A stretch of 63,540 nucleotides of DNA, counting the filler, from Sphacelaria rigidula (lineage: Eukaryota), in assembly GCA_964200075.2 (NCBI GenBank). It is 7 parts of 7 records of this genome, joined end to end, with 100 filler letters (N's around TTAATTAATTAA, not from the genome) between each part and the next. Parts side by side here need not be neighbours in the genome. Positions count along the whole stretch, not along the records: positions 18,187 to 27,179 come from CAXNAA020009574.1; positions 27,280 to 36,271 come from CAXNAA020009576.1; 5 more parts are not named here. One strand, given 5' to 3'. The translations under genes were made by a program, and so were the position numbers. This document shows positions 24,994-36,371 of the stretch, piece after piece (position 1 is the first letter of the stretch; the number at the start of each line of letters is the position of its first letter). The notes under the pieces were generated by a model. The model was not told where the DNA came from, searched no databases, and saw only the letters and a list, made by a program, of their open reading frames with translations.

Positions 24994-25436
24994 AACACGG
25001 GATCTTACAAATTGGAGATGGATCTTTCATTGGGGATGAGAAACCCGGAGAAATAAAACATTCATATCCACACCAAATCTTCGAAATATGGTTCCATTTC
25101 TTCACCTACTGATAGCTATTTACAACTGCTATACGCCATAGAAACTTGGATCTCGATCACCGAAATGTTGCGGTCCTAGGTGAAAAACCAATTTCGGGGA
25201 ATTCCGGGTGTCCGAACGGACGACAAAGTGGTTCCGAAATTGTTTTCCCACTTAGGATCCCAACATTTCGGTGATCGAAGCCCATTTTGTTTTGGCGTGT
25301 AGCAGTTGTCAATAGTTATCAGTAGGTGAAGAAATGGAACCATATTACCATTATTTGGTGTGGATATGAAGATTTTAATTCTCCGGGTTTCTTATCCCCA
25401 ACAAAGATCCATCCCCAATTTGTAAGATCCCGTGTT
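24994..25436. mobile_element. Palindromic (foldback) MITE with AACAC...GTGTT termini and 4-bp TSD ATCG
   Basis: Inverted arms of ~200 bp: ATCG|AACACGGGATCTTACAAATTGG...CCAATTTGTAAGATCCCGTGTT|ATCG. Confidence 0.88.
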
Positions 25437-27179
25437 ATCGCCTTTATCCACCCACGGCGCCTTTTCAGAACCCACCGACACAGGCTGCCATCTAGCGACT
25501 GGGCGCTACAATGGTTAGCGCTGGGCATGTGCAGTATTGCAAGCTAACGTGTGGATACTTATTGTTTCCATTGGCCATCTGAATCTTTTGAATTCCGTGG
25601 TTGTCTCTGTTTTTGTGTCCTTAGACGATGGTTTTAAGTTCTTTGCACCGTGCGTTTAATGGTGCGAGAGCACTGTACTGTAATGACGGGGCAACGGGAT
25701 ACCAGAGAAGCTGCGAGGAATCATGCAAATGCTGCCCCCATGCACGATAGAACTCCCGACTCCTTTTATGCCCTCCTTGAGTGTAGGGTATTTCTTGTCA
25801 GTAGGCTGTTTTTTGTCAGTGAAGAGAAGGCCACTTCAGCATTCAGTGTGTCCTCTCCTACTTACGTCATGGTATTCTTGGAAAAGTTGCGGCGTCTATT
25901 TCAATTCCACGTTCAACCTGTTTCGATCCAGGACGACAAATTGCCTGTTCGTAGGAGACGAATACTGACTTTGACCCTTCAGCCTCAGGGATCGTATGGG
26001 TCCCTTTCGGTGCACTGTAGCAACGCGGGCAGGGCAAAGGCGGCTGCGTGCTCCTAGATATTACTACTTTGCTATCGACTCGATAAGCGGGTAGAGTACG
26101 GTGGCCACTTAAAGTATGGGTGTGCCAAAAGTCGTGTCATGTTTTTCAAGACCTTTTATTTGGCAACATGCCGAATACGAATGCCTTAAATCCATAGAGC
26201 ATGCCCGAACTAAACGCAAGCCAAATCAGTACAAGGATTGTATAAGAGGCCCCACGAGATACTGCCCTGAAGTCCTCACGTCGGGATGAACGTATCATGT
26301 GCCATTGTAGCCAATCGCATGTCTCTCTAGAAGCTGTGAGTGCTGTAGCTTTGCTCGTCAATATGCCCCCAACTTGAGCACTAGAGAGCAGTACATGCAC
26401 AAAACCCACTCATCACTACTATTGTAGCATATATATATATATATACAGCGCACGAAAAACTCTCTCTAGGCCGTCTCCTATCGGGACAGGAAAAAGATGG
26501 GTTCAGAAATCACGACGGTGTGTGGTTGATCATGTAATACCACCCCGTCCTCGAGGAATTCCCCAAAAATATCACAAGGAGGGGTCAGACATTTTAGCAC
26601 ATGAAGGCGTTTTTTTTTCCCATACGTGTGGCCGTATCTCTCGACAGGACCATAGAACGACCTACCCACTCCCCCAATACATTGTTTCTCTCCCACATCT
26701 AGAATTTCTTCGAGATCACAAGTTTTGTTGTCACACTCCGCCTCGGTGACCTAACGATTCGACTGTCACCATTAGGATGGAGAGAACGTGAGATCGATTC
26801 CCCATGCGTTTTTGAATTTTTATTTCAGAGCATTTGATCTCCACCGTCGAAAGCGTGAGGAGTTGAGTAGAAAAAAAAGTAGTTGATCGAGTTTGTTTGA
26901 CGAGAGTTCACGCGGTGCGGGAGTGTTGGTCATGATCCAATCCGCGAGACCAAAATGCAAGGTGCGCACCGGGGCGGGATGTGTTGATCCCTTGAGACCA
27001 CGGACTCGTCCCGAGGAAGGGGGTTGTATCATGATCTGGCATGCCATAGTCATACGACCATTGACGTCGCATCCCTACAAAGCCGGGACAGAGCACGCCG
27101 GGTTCTCGCCGGACCAGGGTGGCAATCAATCACCAAGCGCGAAGCGCAGTGGTGTGTCTAGTGAGTCGTATGAGAGGTG

Positions 27180-27279
27180 NNNNNNNNNNNNNNNNNNNNN
27201 NNNNNNNNNNNNNNNNNNNNNNNTTAATTAATTAANNNNNNNNNNNNNNNNNNNNNNNNNNNNNNNNNNNNNNNNNNNN
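27180..27279. other. Artificial contig spacer
   Basis: N44-TTAATTAATTAA-N44. Confidence 0.98.
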
Positions 27280-27508
27280 CGGCTTTGTAGGGATGCGAGG
27301 TCTATGGTCGTATGACTATGGCATGCATGATCATGAGTACACCCTAATGTGGTTGATGGATGCAATAGACTGACACGTCACAGCAAGGCACCACAATGCA
27401 CGTGAAACGCAGAACCATGCAGAATGCACCGAGCTCGCGAAAGCGTGACAGACTTGAACGGCAGCGGAAATGATACTCGCTGCGTGACTGTGAGCACAAG
27501 CGATCCTA

Positions 27509-27878
27509 CACACGCGGCCATTTAGCTACTCCCCGAAATGCGTCCAGAGGGATTGAAGGTCTCCAGAGGCAAAACAAGTCTCTGGAGGCCTTGAATTACT
27601 CTGGGGGAAACCAAACACTACCCCTCTGGAGAGCCCCGCCCGGAGGAATTTCGGGATAGCAAAATGCCTCCTGAGGGATACGTGGCCTCCCAGGGGCAAA
27701 ACAAGCCAGCCTCCGGAGGCGTTCAATCCCTCTGGAGGAAACTAAAAAATACTCCTCTGGAGGGCCGCACACCCCTCTGGAGGGTTGCACACCACTCCGG
27801 AGGCGTTGTATTCCTTTGGAGGCTCGAAATACTTACCGCTCTGGAGGAATTACGGGGGTAGCTAAATGATCGCGTGTG
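27509..27878. mobile_element. MITE flanked by TA (Tc1/mariner-like) with internal CTCTGGAGG repeats
   Basis: TA|CACACGCGGCCATTTAGCTAC...GTAGCTAAATGATCGCGTGTG|TA. Confidence 0.75.
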
Positions 27879-27934
27879 TATTCGCGATATTATGCTCCTC
27901 ATTCTGCACCTTGGAAACACATATTTTCGCTCAC

Positions 27935-30900
27935 CTGAAAAGAATCCCATGAAGAACATCATGGGAGCGAAAAACACGAAAGGTGCTGCGGGGCCCACCT
28001 TGTCGAACAGCACTTCCGATACAAGAGGCGCGATGAAACCTACAAAAACAGCATGACCGGGGGGGGGGGGGGGGGGGGGGGAAGCGATGGCATGCAGGTA
28101 TATTCTGTGAAAACATGACGTCATCCATGTTGGGCATGCTATGGCGGCCTTGACACGTTGGAGCATCAGTTGATACTCGTTCCCTCGATGTGTGTAAAAC
28201 GTCACGAATCAGCGTTCGGATTATCCAACGAGTGCATAGGCATTGTTTCGCCTGCCGGCTTCTCCGGAAAACGCGGCGGTATCACGGTAAGCTGTGATCC
28301 TTCATCCTTGGAACCGTTTCATCCACAAACTTTCTCTGCGTCGGCCTCACCTGTACATCACGTCATACACACACGATCACATCCTCCAGAACTTCGAATG
28401 AAAATTCGATGCAACATGAAAAAAGCAAGGCGGGAGGAAAACACAGCATCCGCAGGTAGACCACGAACCAAAAGAGACACAACGCACCTCCAATGCACGT
28501 CCATAGGCTGGCGCTGCCGATTCCCACGGTGCGATACTTTGTAGCGTACAACTCCGACGTGATGATGAACTTTATCATGGACGGAGCGGCTGGTAAGAGA
28601 AACCAAAAGACACAAGACATGAAACAGAACAATCAAAGGTAACAGATCATTCTTTTCTGGAACCAATGGATGCCATAGTCACGAAACATATCGAAAGCAA
28701 CCGACACAACCCAGAGTAAACGGCCGACAAAAAGGTAAAGTACAGTTCTACGTGATACGATCAGCAGCAAACGTAGACACCCGGGTCAAGTTCATTTCAT
28801 TCATGCCTAGAGAACGTCTTGCCAACTTCATGCCACTGTATATCGTCAAGACACGAAATCCTACAAGTGTAGTAGTGTATATTTAAACTTGGCGTTTTCG
28901 ACCGAAAATAGTTTTCCGGCTGTTTCGGTTCCCACGACTCACCATGGTTTCTCTTCGATCCCAGAGTCTAGGAATCGAGAGACATGAGTACCCGACGCAA
29001 CTGTTGTAAACGAGTATGTTTCACGGCCAATTTTGAACAAGTGGCGGGCTAACAGTCGTCGGGGTCCCACGAGTGTACAATCCCCCGGTTTTCCCTCTTT
29101 GATATATTCGCTCAACCGGAGCGATCCGGATCGATATTCTAAACTTGCATCACCGTACCTATTTCCTGACCACTACCGACTAGAGTGAACAAATACACAG
29201 AAGAAAGGTAGAATCTAACGAAAACGGGGGGACAGACGGGTACAAGTACCCACGGCACGAACGAAAATATCAACAGAAACACAGACATAGCCGGTGAAGA
29301 CGTACAGGAGGAAACAATCCTACTAGAGATAAGGTGAGCAGGGGAGGATTCCAAAGTTTGACTACAGTGATGCGACCATAGCGGCACGCGGGCGTTTCTG
29401 AGCCAAGCGACGGAACAAAGTGTCTCCCTGCTCTCAAACTGCAACAAAAGCAAAGAAAAAGCAGCTGCGTGAAGGGCGCTGACAATGCACCTAACACACT
29501 CTACAGTACGAACAAAAAATCTTGTTCATACAAGAGTAAGAACATAAAGCGAACTCGACGCTCTTNNNNNNNNNNCGATCGCGTGACTTACAAATGGTCA
29601 TCAGTGCCATCGCCGACACGGGTATGAATGCACCATTCACTTCGAAAGAGGCTGCCACCAATAGAAGCAAAAGTCCGCTTGCGTACGACGTCCACTTCAT
29701 GGCTCCCACGCGACCCAGCCGGTGTTCAGAGCACAGCCAAAGTCCGCCGATGTATCCTGGTGTAACGGCAAGTGCAATCAAGTGTGTCTTCTACTCCTAG
29801 GCGAATCGCTGAGGGCTGCTGCATATCTGAGCAACAGATATCTCCATCTCAAAGCGCAGAAAAGTAGAGTTGTGAACTGGTTTGCCTAATCAGTCAACTG
29901 GTTGCAGAAAATTACAACCAGTTACCGTTACCAGTTAAAACTGGAAAACTGGCGGCGAAGCTGCCTCGCGACTCCGCCAGCGTTGCCATTTGAGGCAACG
30001 CGGCGGAGTCCCCTAAAGACCCCTCCCGGCTGATGAGGGGGGCCCGCTGGATGCGCCGCCGGAGGCAAGAAAATTACGCCATTTGGCTCCACATCTCTTC
30101 AAAATCGCGGTTAATTCTAGCTGCCTAGCGCCAGCAATTCCAGCACGTGATCAGTGCACAAGAGTATGCACGAGAAAAAAAGAAATGCCTCTGAACTTTG
30201 CGGCGTGCATTAAAAAACGAAGCGGCGAGACAGTAGTGCACCATACATAGCGTCTAGGTACATGCGCTGTGCGGTCATGTCGTCGCCTTTGTAACAATAT
30301 CCCCACGGCCATTGTAACACGACAATAGTTTGAAAATATTGATACGAGTATGACACATATTTTACACAGAACGCTTTGGAGTATGATAAATGTGTCGGGT
30401 GAAATAACTGGTTCAACTGGTTACGAAACCGGTCAGTTAACCAGTTGCACCAGGTAACTGTAACTGACCTGTTAAACTGGCAGCCAGGTCACAACTCTAC
30501 AGGAAAGGGATGCTACAATACCCCCGCATCCGTTCCGCAAAAACATCGTGATCGTAAGAGAGTGGTGGGGTCACAGCGCTACGTCATGGCGTTCTACCGT
30601 GTTCCATATAACTTTTCTACCGTCACGCCGTTGCCGCTCTCATGTGTTGTCGTGCGGTGAGATTGTTGCCGCTACACTGAACCGGTATCCTCCACTTGTA
30701 CAGCTTGCAGTTTACATGGATCCTTTGCAGCGACCGTTGTACCGTTACGCCGTTGTACGCAACCGTTAGACCCGTTTGTTTACATCGCACCGTGATATCG
30801 GTGTGTACCGTTTCATGAGAATTTTCCAGCACGAAAATTCGCCCCCGAACGTTTTCTCACCGGGAATGTAGAGGAATCCAACGAGGCCAGTGAGCACGAA

Positions 30901-33900
30901 GGTGAAGGTTGAGTTCCCCTCGCCGGCACCAGCGTAGAACCGTGGCAGTAGGACCACGATTCCGAAGTAGCTGTTGGATAGCCGATAAGCAAGGTCAGAG
31001 GACGTTCCGTCTCAAAAACGTTGTTCTTGTTACGAGAGTGCTAGTCTTGTTATGAGTGTCGGTCCCGTCGTAAAAGTGTAATCAGCCTTACAGTATTCTC
31101 ATCCCGAGAGCATGTCCTCGTTGCCACTGCTTGTATCGCTTCCTAAAAACATGCTGTTTCTCACCATGAGAGCACCACTTTACCTCTCAGAGACCTGTCT
31201 CTACTTTCGATGACCATGCTCATTTCGTCTGAGTGCTCGTCTCGTGACGGCGCTATTTACCCTCTCGCCAACAAACTGAACACGGCGCACCCCTTTTATC
31301 CGGCATTCCTTTTTCACAATACGGCTAGAACCCGTCGGGGGGATTTTTTCGCGACATGTACCAGATCGCAGCCTGACGGGGCAGTTGTTGATCACACGGT
31401 AAATTTGTTGTTCATGGGGAACAGCGTAGGATTCAAGATACTTCACCTAGATCGTCGGTAGAAAATGCGGCGGGTTAGTCGATGCGAAACGGTACTGTTC
31501 AGATTGATCTTGAGAACGTTCTCGCAGGTGTTTTCCCATTTTTGTTCTCAACTTGGCTATGATTTATTTTAGGAAGAAACACAGAGTTCTCTTGTGCTGC
31601 ATCGTACGCTTCAGTCAGGTAGAAATTAACCCTTAGACCGCGAGGTTAGTCTTCTGTTGAATCGGCATCAATTTCGAGTGAAAAAAAGTATGCATGGTCC
31701 AGAAAGACTAATCTCGCGGTCTAAGAGTTAAGGAGAGTTGTCTTTATCCTTTTGCGACGGGGCCTCCAGAACGACCAATGAGGCCGGTTCGTAATGACGT
31801 GTGCTGCATATGCATGAAAAAATGGCTTCATGTTGCCAAATATCCACGTGTGTATGAAACTGCAGGGTCAGATGCAGACCAATAGTTTCATCCAATCTAT
31901 TTTCAGGTGCAGGTACAAATTGTCTGTACTATAATTCGGGTGTTGTGCGCATTAGGTAATGTACAGATGTATTAAGCAGTATCAGTCGCCGTGGAGAGCT
32001 TTCAACAGGATGTGGCAAACGCCGCCCGCGACTTGTGGCCTTGGATATTGTTCCCATCATCTTGCCACACAGCTCTCTGCGGTCGGGGCGGGTCACGATT
32101 TCCCTCGTTGTTGCAAGCGGCAGATTCTCTTCGAACGGCATGAGGGTTGCGCCGCAGATACATTACAGTACAGCACGCCTTTCCGAATGCGGTAGCAGCT
32201 GCCACTGCATACTCCCTCACATGTACTGAGCAGTTCTCGGCTACGGAGATAAGCTGCCCATACACAGCTTTTTCGTTCCCGCCGATTGCCGTCGACCTCA
32301 CCGCCGCTTGTACCGCTTCGACAGAGGGATACGCAGAACTCATACCTCTAGCTCCGTCTCTCATCCCACAGCGTTGCCAGATTCAGTCGCCTTGTGAACA
32401 TGACCACATATACAGTAGGTACAGTTATTCCCGAATTTTCCCCGAGCACTACGTTGTTGGTGTTATCAATTAGGTTTCACTATAGGATCGTGATCCAAAA
32501 CATTTCGGGGATGGGGGGTCGGACCTATATAAAATGCAAGTATATGATGAAAAAAATGGGGAATCCGAGCCCCGACCACTTGGGCTTTCTTTTGCTTTGA
32601 AGGCTTTTTTGTGGGCCGGGGACAGGGTACACACACCAACTTTGCAGTGACATCACTCACGGGAACAGCCTCCCTCCACTGGTCGTTTGGATGTGGTCGA
32701 TACAGTTCGCCTCGCCGTGACTGGGCAGGTCACTCCCAGACTAGTTGATCATTATTTTCCTAATACATGGACAACCCGTTGTTAGTGAGCTTCAGTCCCA
32801 ACAGGGTTAAGGTGTGCTGTGCGTTTTGATTGGAAGAAATAAGGGACATTTTGTAATAGCTTGCGGAGGAGCTGATGAAGATGCGTTCTCGCACCCCGCG
32901 CCCCTCCGAAGGTCAGTATGTATGTGTTCACCCTTTCTTATGCCGGTGTTATTCAACGTGATGACAAAGATATCTACATACGTCGGTTTGATCGACTTCC
33001 ATCTCTCGACAACTGGTGTAGTACGAGCTGACTCCTACTTTTTGGTCAAGCAGTCAGTGCTGCTTGAAACCAGTACATGCCAAGGGTATATCGACCGCAT
33101 TTTTTTTCATTTTGTGTGCCTCCTCTTTCTTCTTGAACTTAGCTCACTCTGTCGTGTTCACTCCGTCCGCTTGTTTGTTCTTTCGGATCCATCATTCTTC
33201 CCTCTCTCGAGTTTCCTCTCGGCGAATGTTTCATACGTCGGACGAGCACGAGTGTGACTCGTGGCACTCGCACTCGAGTAATTGCTCGTGATAAACGACT
33301 TCAGTGGAGGAGTCAGCAATCCGACGAGCAAATAATTATGATGAGTTCTCTGACGATCTTGAACCAAGAATCTTCAAGTTCATATGCATATCTGCACATG
33401 TACAAGTGTCAACCGCAAACACGGGTGTATGGGTACTTGCTTGCGCGACTGGCGGAGCTTGACGACTTGGATGTATCCATCGTCGCGGGAGCCGCAGACG
33501 AGAGAGATGTGGTTCCGTCAGGGGCGGACACCCCAGGGGCCGGGGCGGGGGTAGAAGAAGCTAAGATATAGACACCTTGACAGATGTCCGTTGGTGGTTA
33601 TTTTACTGAATGGTTTTGAGGTGGACGGAGTCACGGTTGTCTCCAGGTAGGTCTCTGCGCCGCCATTTTTCTTGCAGAGCAATGATCGATTTGAAAAGGG
33701 GTACGTATTCCGCACAAGAACCATTTCCCCACGATCGTGTGTTTGCGGTAGGTGTTCATTTGTGTTATTTTTTAGTAAAAATGATGCTGCAGGGGCCTTA
33801 TTGATCATTTCACTATAAAATAACACAAATGGACACCTAGTGAAAAAACACGATGGGGAAGAGTGCCACAACCATACCATTCAAAGGGGGTAGTACGATT

Positions 33901-35844
33901 GGTAGTGGTCACAACATGACCAAATCCTACCGTTGGTTCATCAGGCTTCCACCATGTCTCGCGCCTCACTCGTCCATCACTTCAGTGATGATTGGTCCTC
34001 GAGTTCTTCAGAAAAGACACAAGCAAGCGAGTCATTGCTCGTGATGAAAAAATAGATGATTCGAGCAAACGAGCAAACGAGCGAACGAGCGAACGAGCGA
34101 ACGAGCGAACGAGCGAACGAGCGAACGAGTCATACCACTCGAGCACGAGCACTCGAGTCATTGCTCGTTGTAAAAAACGGTAATAACTCGAGCGCACGAG
34201 TCATCGCTCGTCATAAAAACAAGTCATGACTCGAGCACATGAGTCATGCTCGTTGTGCTTTGGAAGAACACCCACGAGTGCACTCGTCTAAACGAGTAAT
34301 GACTCGTCCGACCTGTGGAATGTTTCCCGCTCATTCGCTGTACTTCACGCACATCTATTTCGTGAGCACGGGTGGGTTCAAAGCGAATGCGCGATAGTCA
34401 GTCAATAAATCTAGTTATCAATTTGGCAAAAATGGGACACACTGCAGTGCACGATCTGCCGTGTACGCCAGAAGTAAGCGCTAGCCAACGCAAAACACTC
34501 AACAGCGGCGACGATAACTCCTTGTGCATAATGCATCTGAACGTCGCACTTCCCGTGCGTGAGAAATAGGGCTCGTGCTGACTGCATGCAAGCGCAAGTG
34601 AGAGTGAGCTAGTGAAACACGCGTAGCAGCACGTATTTACCTTACATTCCGTCCTCGATGCAAAACGCGGGCAGACAAAGGCCACGGGTCTCAACGATAA
34701 CAATAAGCAGCGAATACGACAAACACAGAACGAGAGCTGTTTCGCTAGAAGCAGGTGAAAAAAAACAGAGCACCATAGCAAGTCACTACTTTGTTGTCCT
34801 CACCTGAAATTTTCGAAAAACCACACCGCCCACCTGTTTTCATAACAAAATCGACAGCAACGACAGCAACAACGATAGCAGCCACAACAAGAGTCACAGG
34901 CGAGGACGCAAAGGCAAAAAACGGGAGTATTCGTCACCCATTGGGGAGGCAATTCTTGCATCTACAACACGCCATCGCGACGGCGAGAACCACGTCCACC
35001 AGAACAAACTAAGCAGCAAGAGCGGCAGAGGACTCCACCCCCGATAGTCTAAGTTGTGCTCTACTGCACTGCACGGTCATGAACACAAGCAGCTGTGATT
35101 CAAGGCGGGAGGGCGTGGGTTCGAAGCCCGAAATGTACGAGTTTTCAGCAGGATCTAGAATATCGCCGGTGAGGAAGTCAGGGCGCAAGTAAGGAATAAA
35201 AATTGACGATAGTCGACGGGGTGCGGCAGTGACGACTTGATCCGGAACACCAAATTGTCAACCATGTACCGGGAGAAAAAAAGCCATCGTTCATTTGCGA
35301 CTACGAACTTGTCCGGACGAAGGGAATGAGTTGAAGTATGATGGGAAGAAAAGAAACCCCCGAAACGAGGCCGTCTTTCATGAATCTACTCGACGCTCCG
35401 CACGGTCCCCGTCCAGGAAACGGACACATGTGAGCGAGAAATTATTGACCTACAGCACGCACAAACACACAAACTCACACATGGTATGCTCTGGTGCCTG
35501 TGTATTCTTATTTTTTGCCATGATCTATGTGCGTATTCACCTCTCGCTACCGCTCACCCGGCTCGTAGCCCCTCATCACTCAGTCAATGACACAACCAAC
35601 GGCTTAGTGTATGCAATCATCTCTTTAGCAGCGCACTCATCAAACAATATGTTCCCTGGCGAACTTTTAACCTGTACTTACAGACACAGCGTCACCCGGC
35701 GCAGGATGGGAGTATGAAACAGCTCACGTACATCTCCTGCTACAGCTTCCTCCCCTTCCGAACCTTGGGCCCCACCAACACTGTCATCGCTGCCTCCGCT
35801 GTCAGGCGCCACGTTTTCGGGCAGCTTGGAGACCGCCATTTGTA
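27935..35844 (-). CDS. MFS transporter, SV2/SVOP/organic-cation-transporter-like, C-terminal half (partial gene)
   Basis: Exons 35844-35682, 34833-34804, 30970-30861, 29756-29592, 28589-28488 and 28039-27935 are all AG/GT-bounded and phase-consistent. They splice to ...ELFHTPILRRVTLCLWAVWFFENFSYFGIVVLLP...YIPGYIGGLWLCSEHRLGRVGAM...IITSELYATKYRTVGIGSASLWTCIGGFIAPLVSEVLF..., which carries the RLGR loop and E-L-Y-x-T-x-x-R motifs of sugar-porter-type MFS proteins. Confidence 0.9.
29865..30499. mobile_element. hAT-type MITE in an MFS gene intron
   Basis: TIR TAGAGTTGTGAACTGG / CCAGGTCACAACTCTA. 8-bp flanks CAGAAAAG and CAGGAAAG. AACTGG/CCAGTT subterminal repeats. Confidence 0.85.
31630..31727 (+). 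mobile_element. piggyBac-type MITE
   Basis: TTAA|CCCTTAGACCGCGAG...CTCGCGGTCTAAGAG|TTAA. Confidence 0.85.
33232..34317. mobile_element. Second hAT/P-like element of the CACACGTCGG family with ~650 bp of unique internal sequence
   Basis: Termini CATACGTCGGACGAG / CTCGTCCGACCTGTG, perfect 8-bp TSD GAATGTTT, and a (GAGCGAAC)n array at ~34066-34127. Confidence 0.85.
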
Positions 35845-36271
35845 CTAGTAGCAGTGAACACCAGTACGCGAATGTTCGAGCGGTGGAAGAGGGCGGTGTG
35901 AGATAAGATATGCGTAAGAGGGGGCATTGATTGATCCATTGATTGATTGTCGCACATTAATTGATCCCCCACGTATCTAGCAGTGGTCATTATCCACAAG
36001 ATAGACGTACGCATGGTATTGTAAACGAAGCGGGAATACTCGCCGAAGAGAAGTGAAGAAGCAGAAATATGGCAGACAGAATAGGCTTTAAACCAAGACC
36101 CAAACAAAACACAACAAAAACATGGCTTCAGGTGGCGTAGGTTTGGCGCAAAGAACAGATCCGTTATACCCGAATGGAAAAAAAAGCTGTGGGAAAATGT
36201 GGCACCTACGAGCTGGGCCAGCCTAGAGGCGGATTTGAAGTTTGCAGGCCCATGTTCTTTTATACATTTAG

Positions 36272-36371
36272 NNNNNNNNNNNNNNNNNNNNNNNNNNNNN
36301 NNNNNNNNNNNNNNNTTAATTAATTAANNNNNNNNNNNNNNNNNNNNNNNNNNNNNNNNNNNNNNNNNNNN
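36272..36371. other. Artificial contig spacer
   Basis: N44-TTAATTAATTAA-N44. Confidence 0.98.

Noticed and set aside
25700..26020. Possible minus-strand exons ending at a strong GTAAGT donor (~25866)
   Set aside because: Every frame I read contains a stop and no recognisable motif; unsupported.
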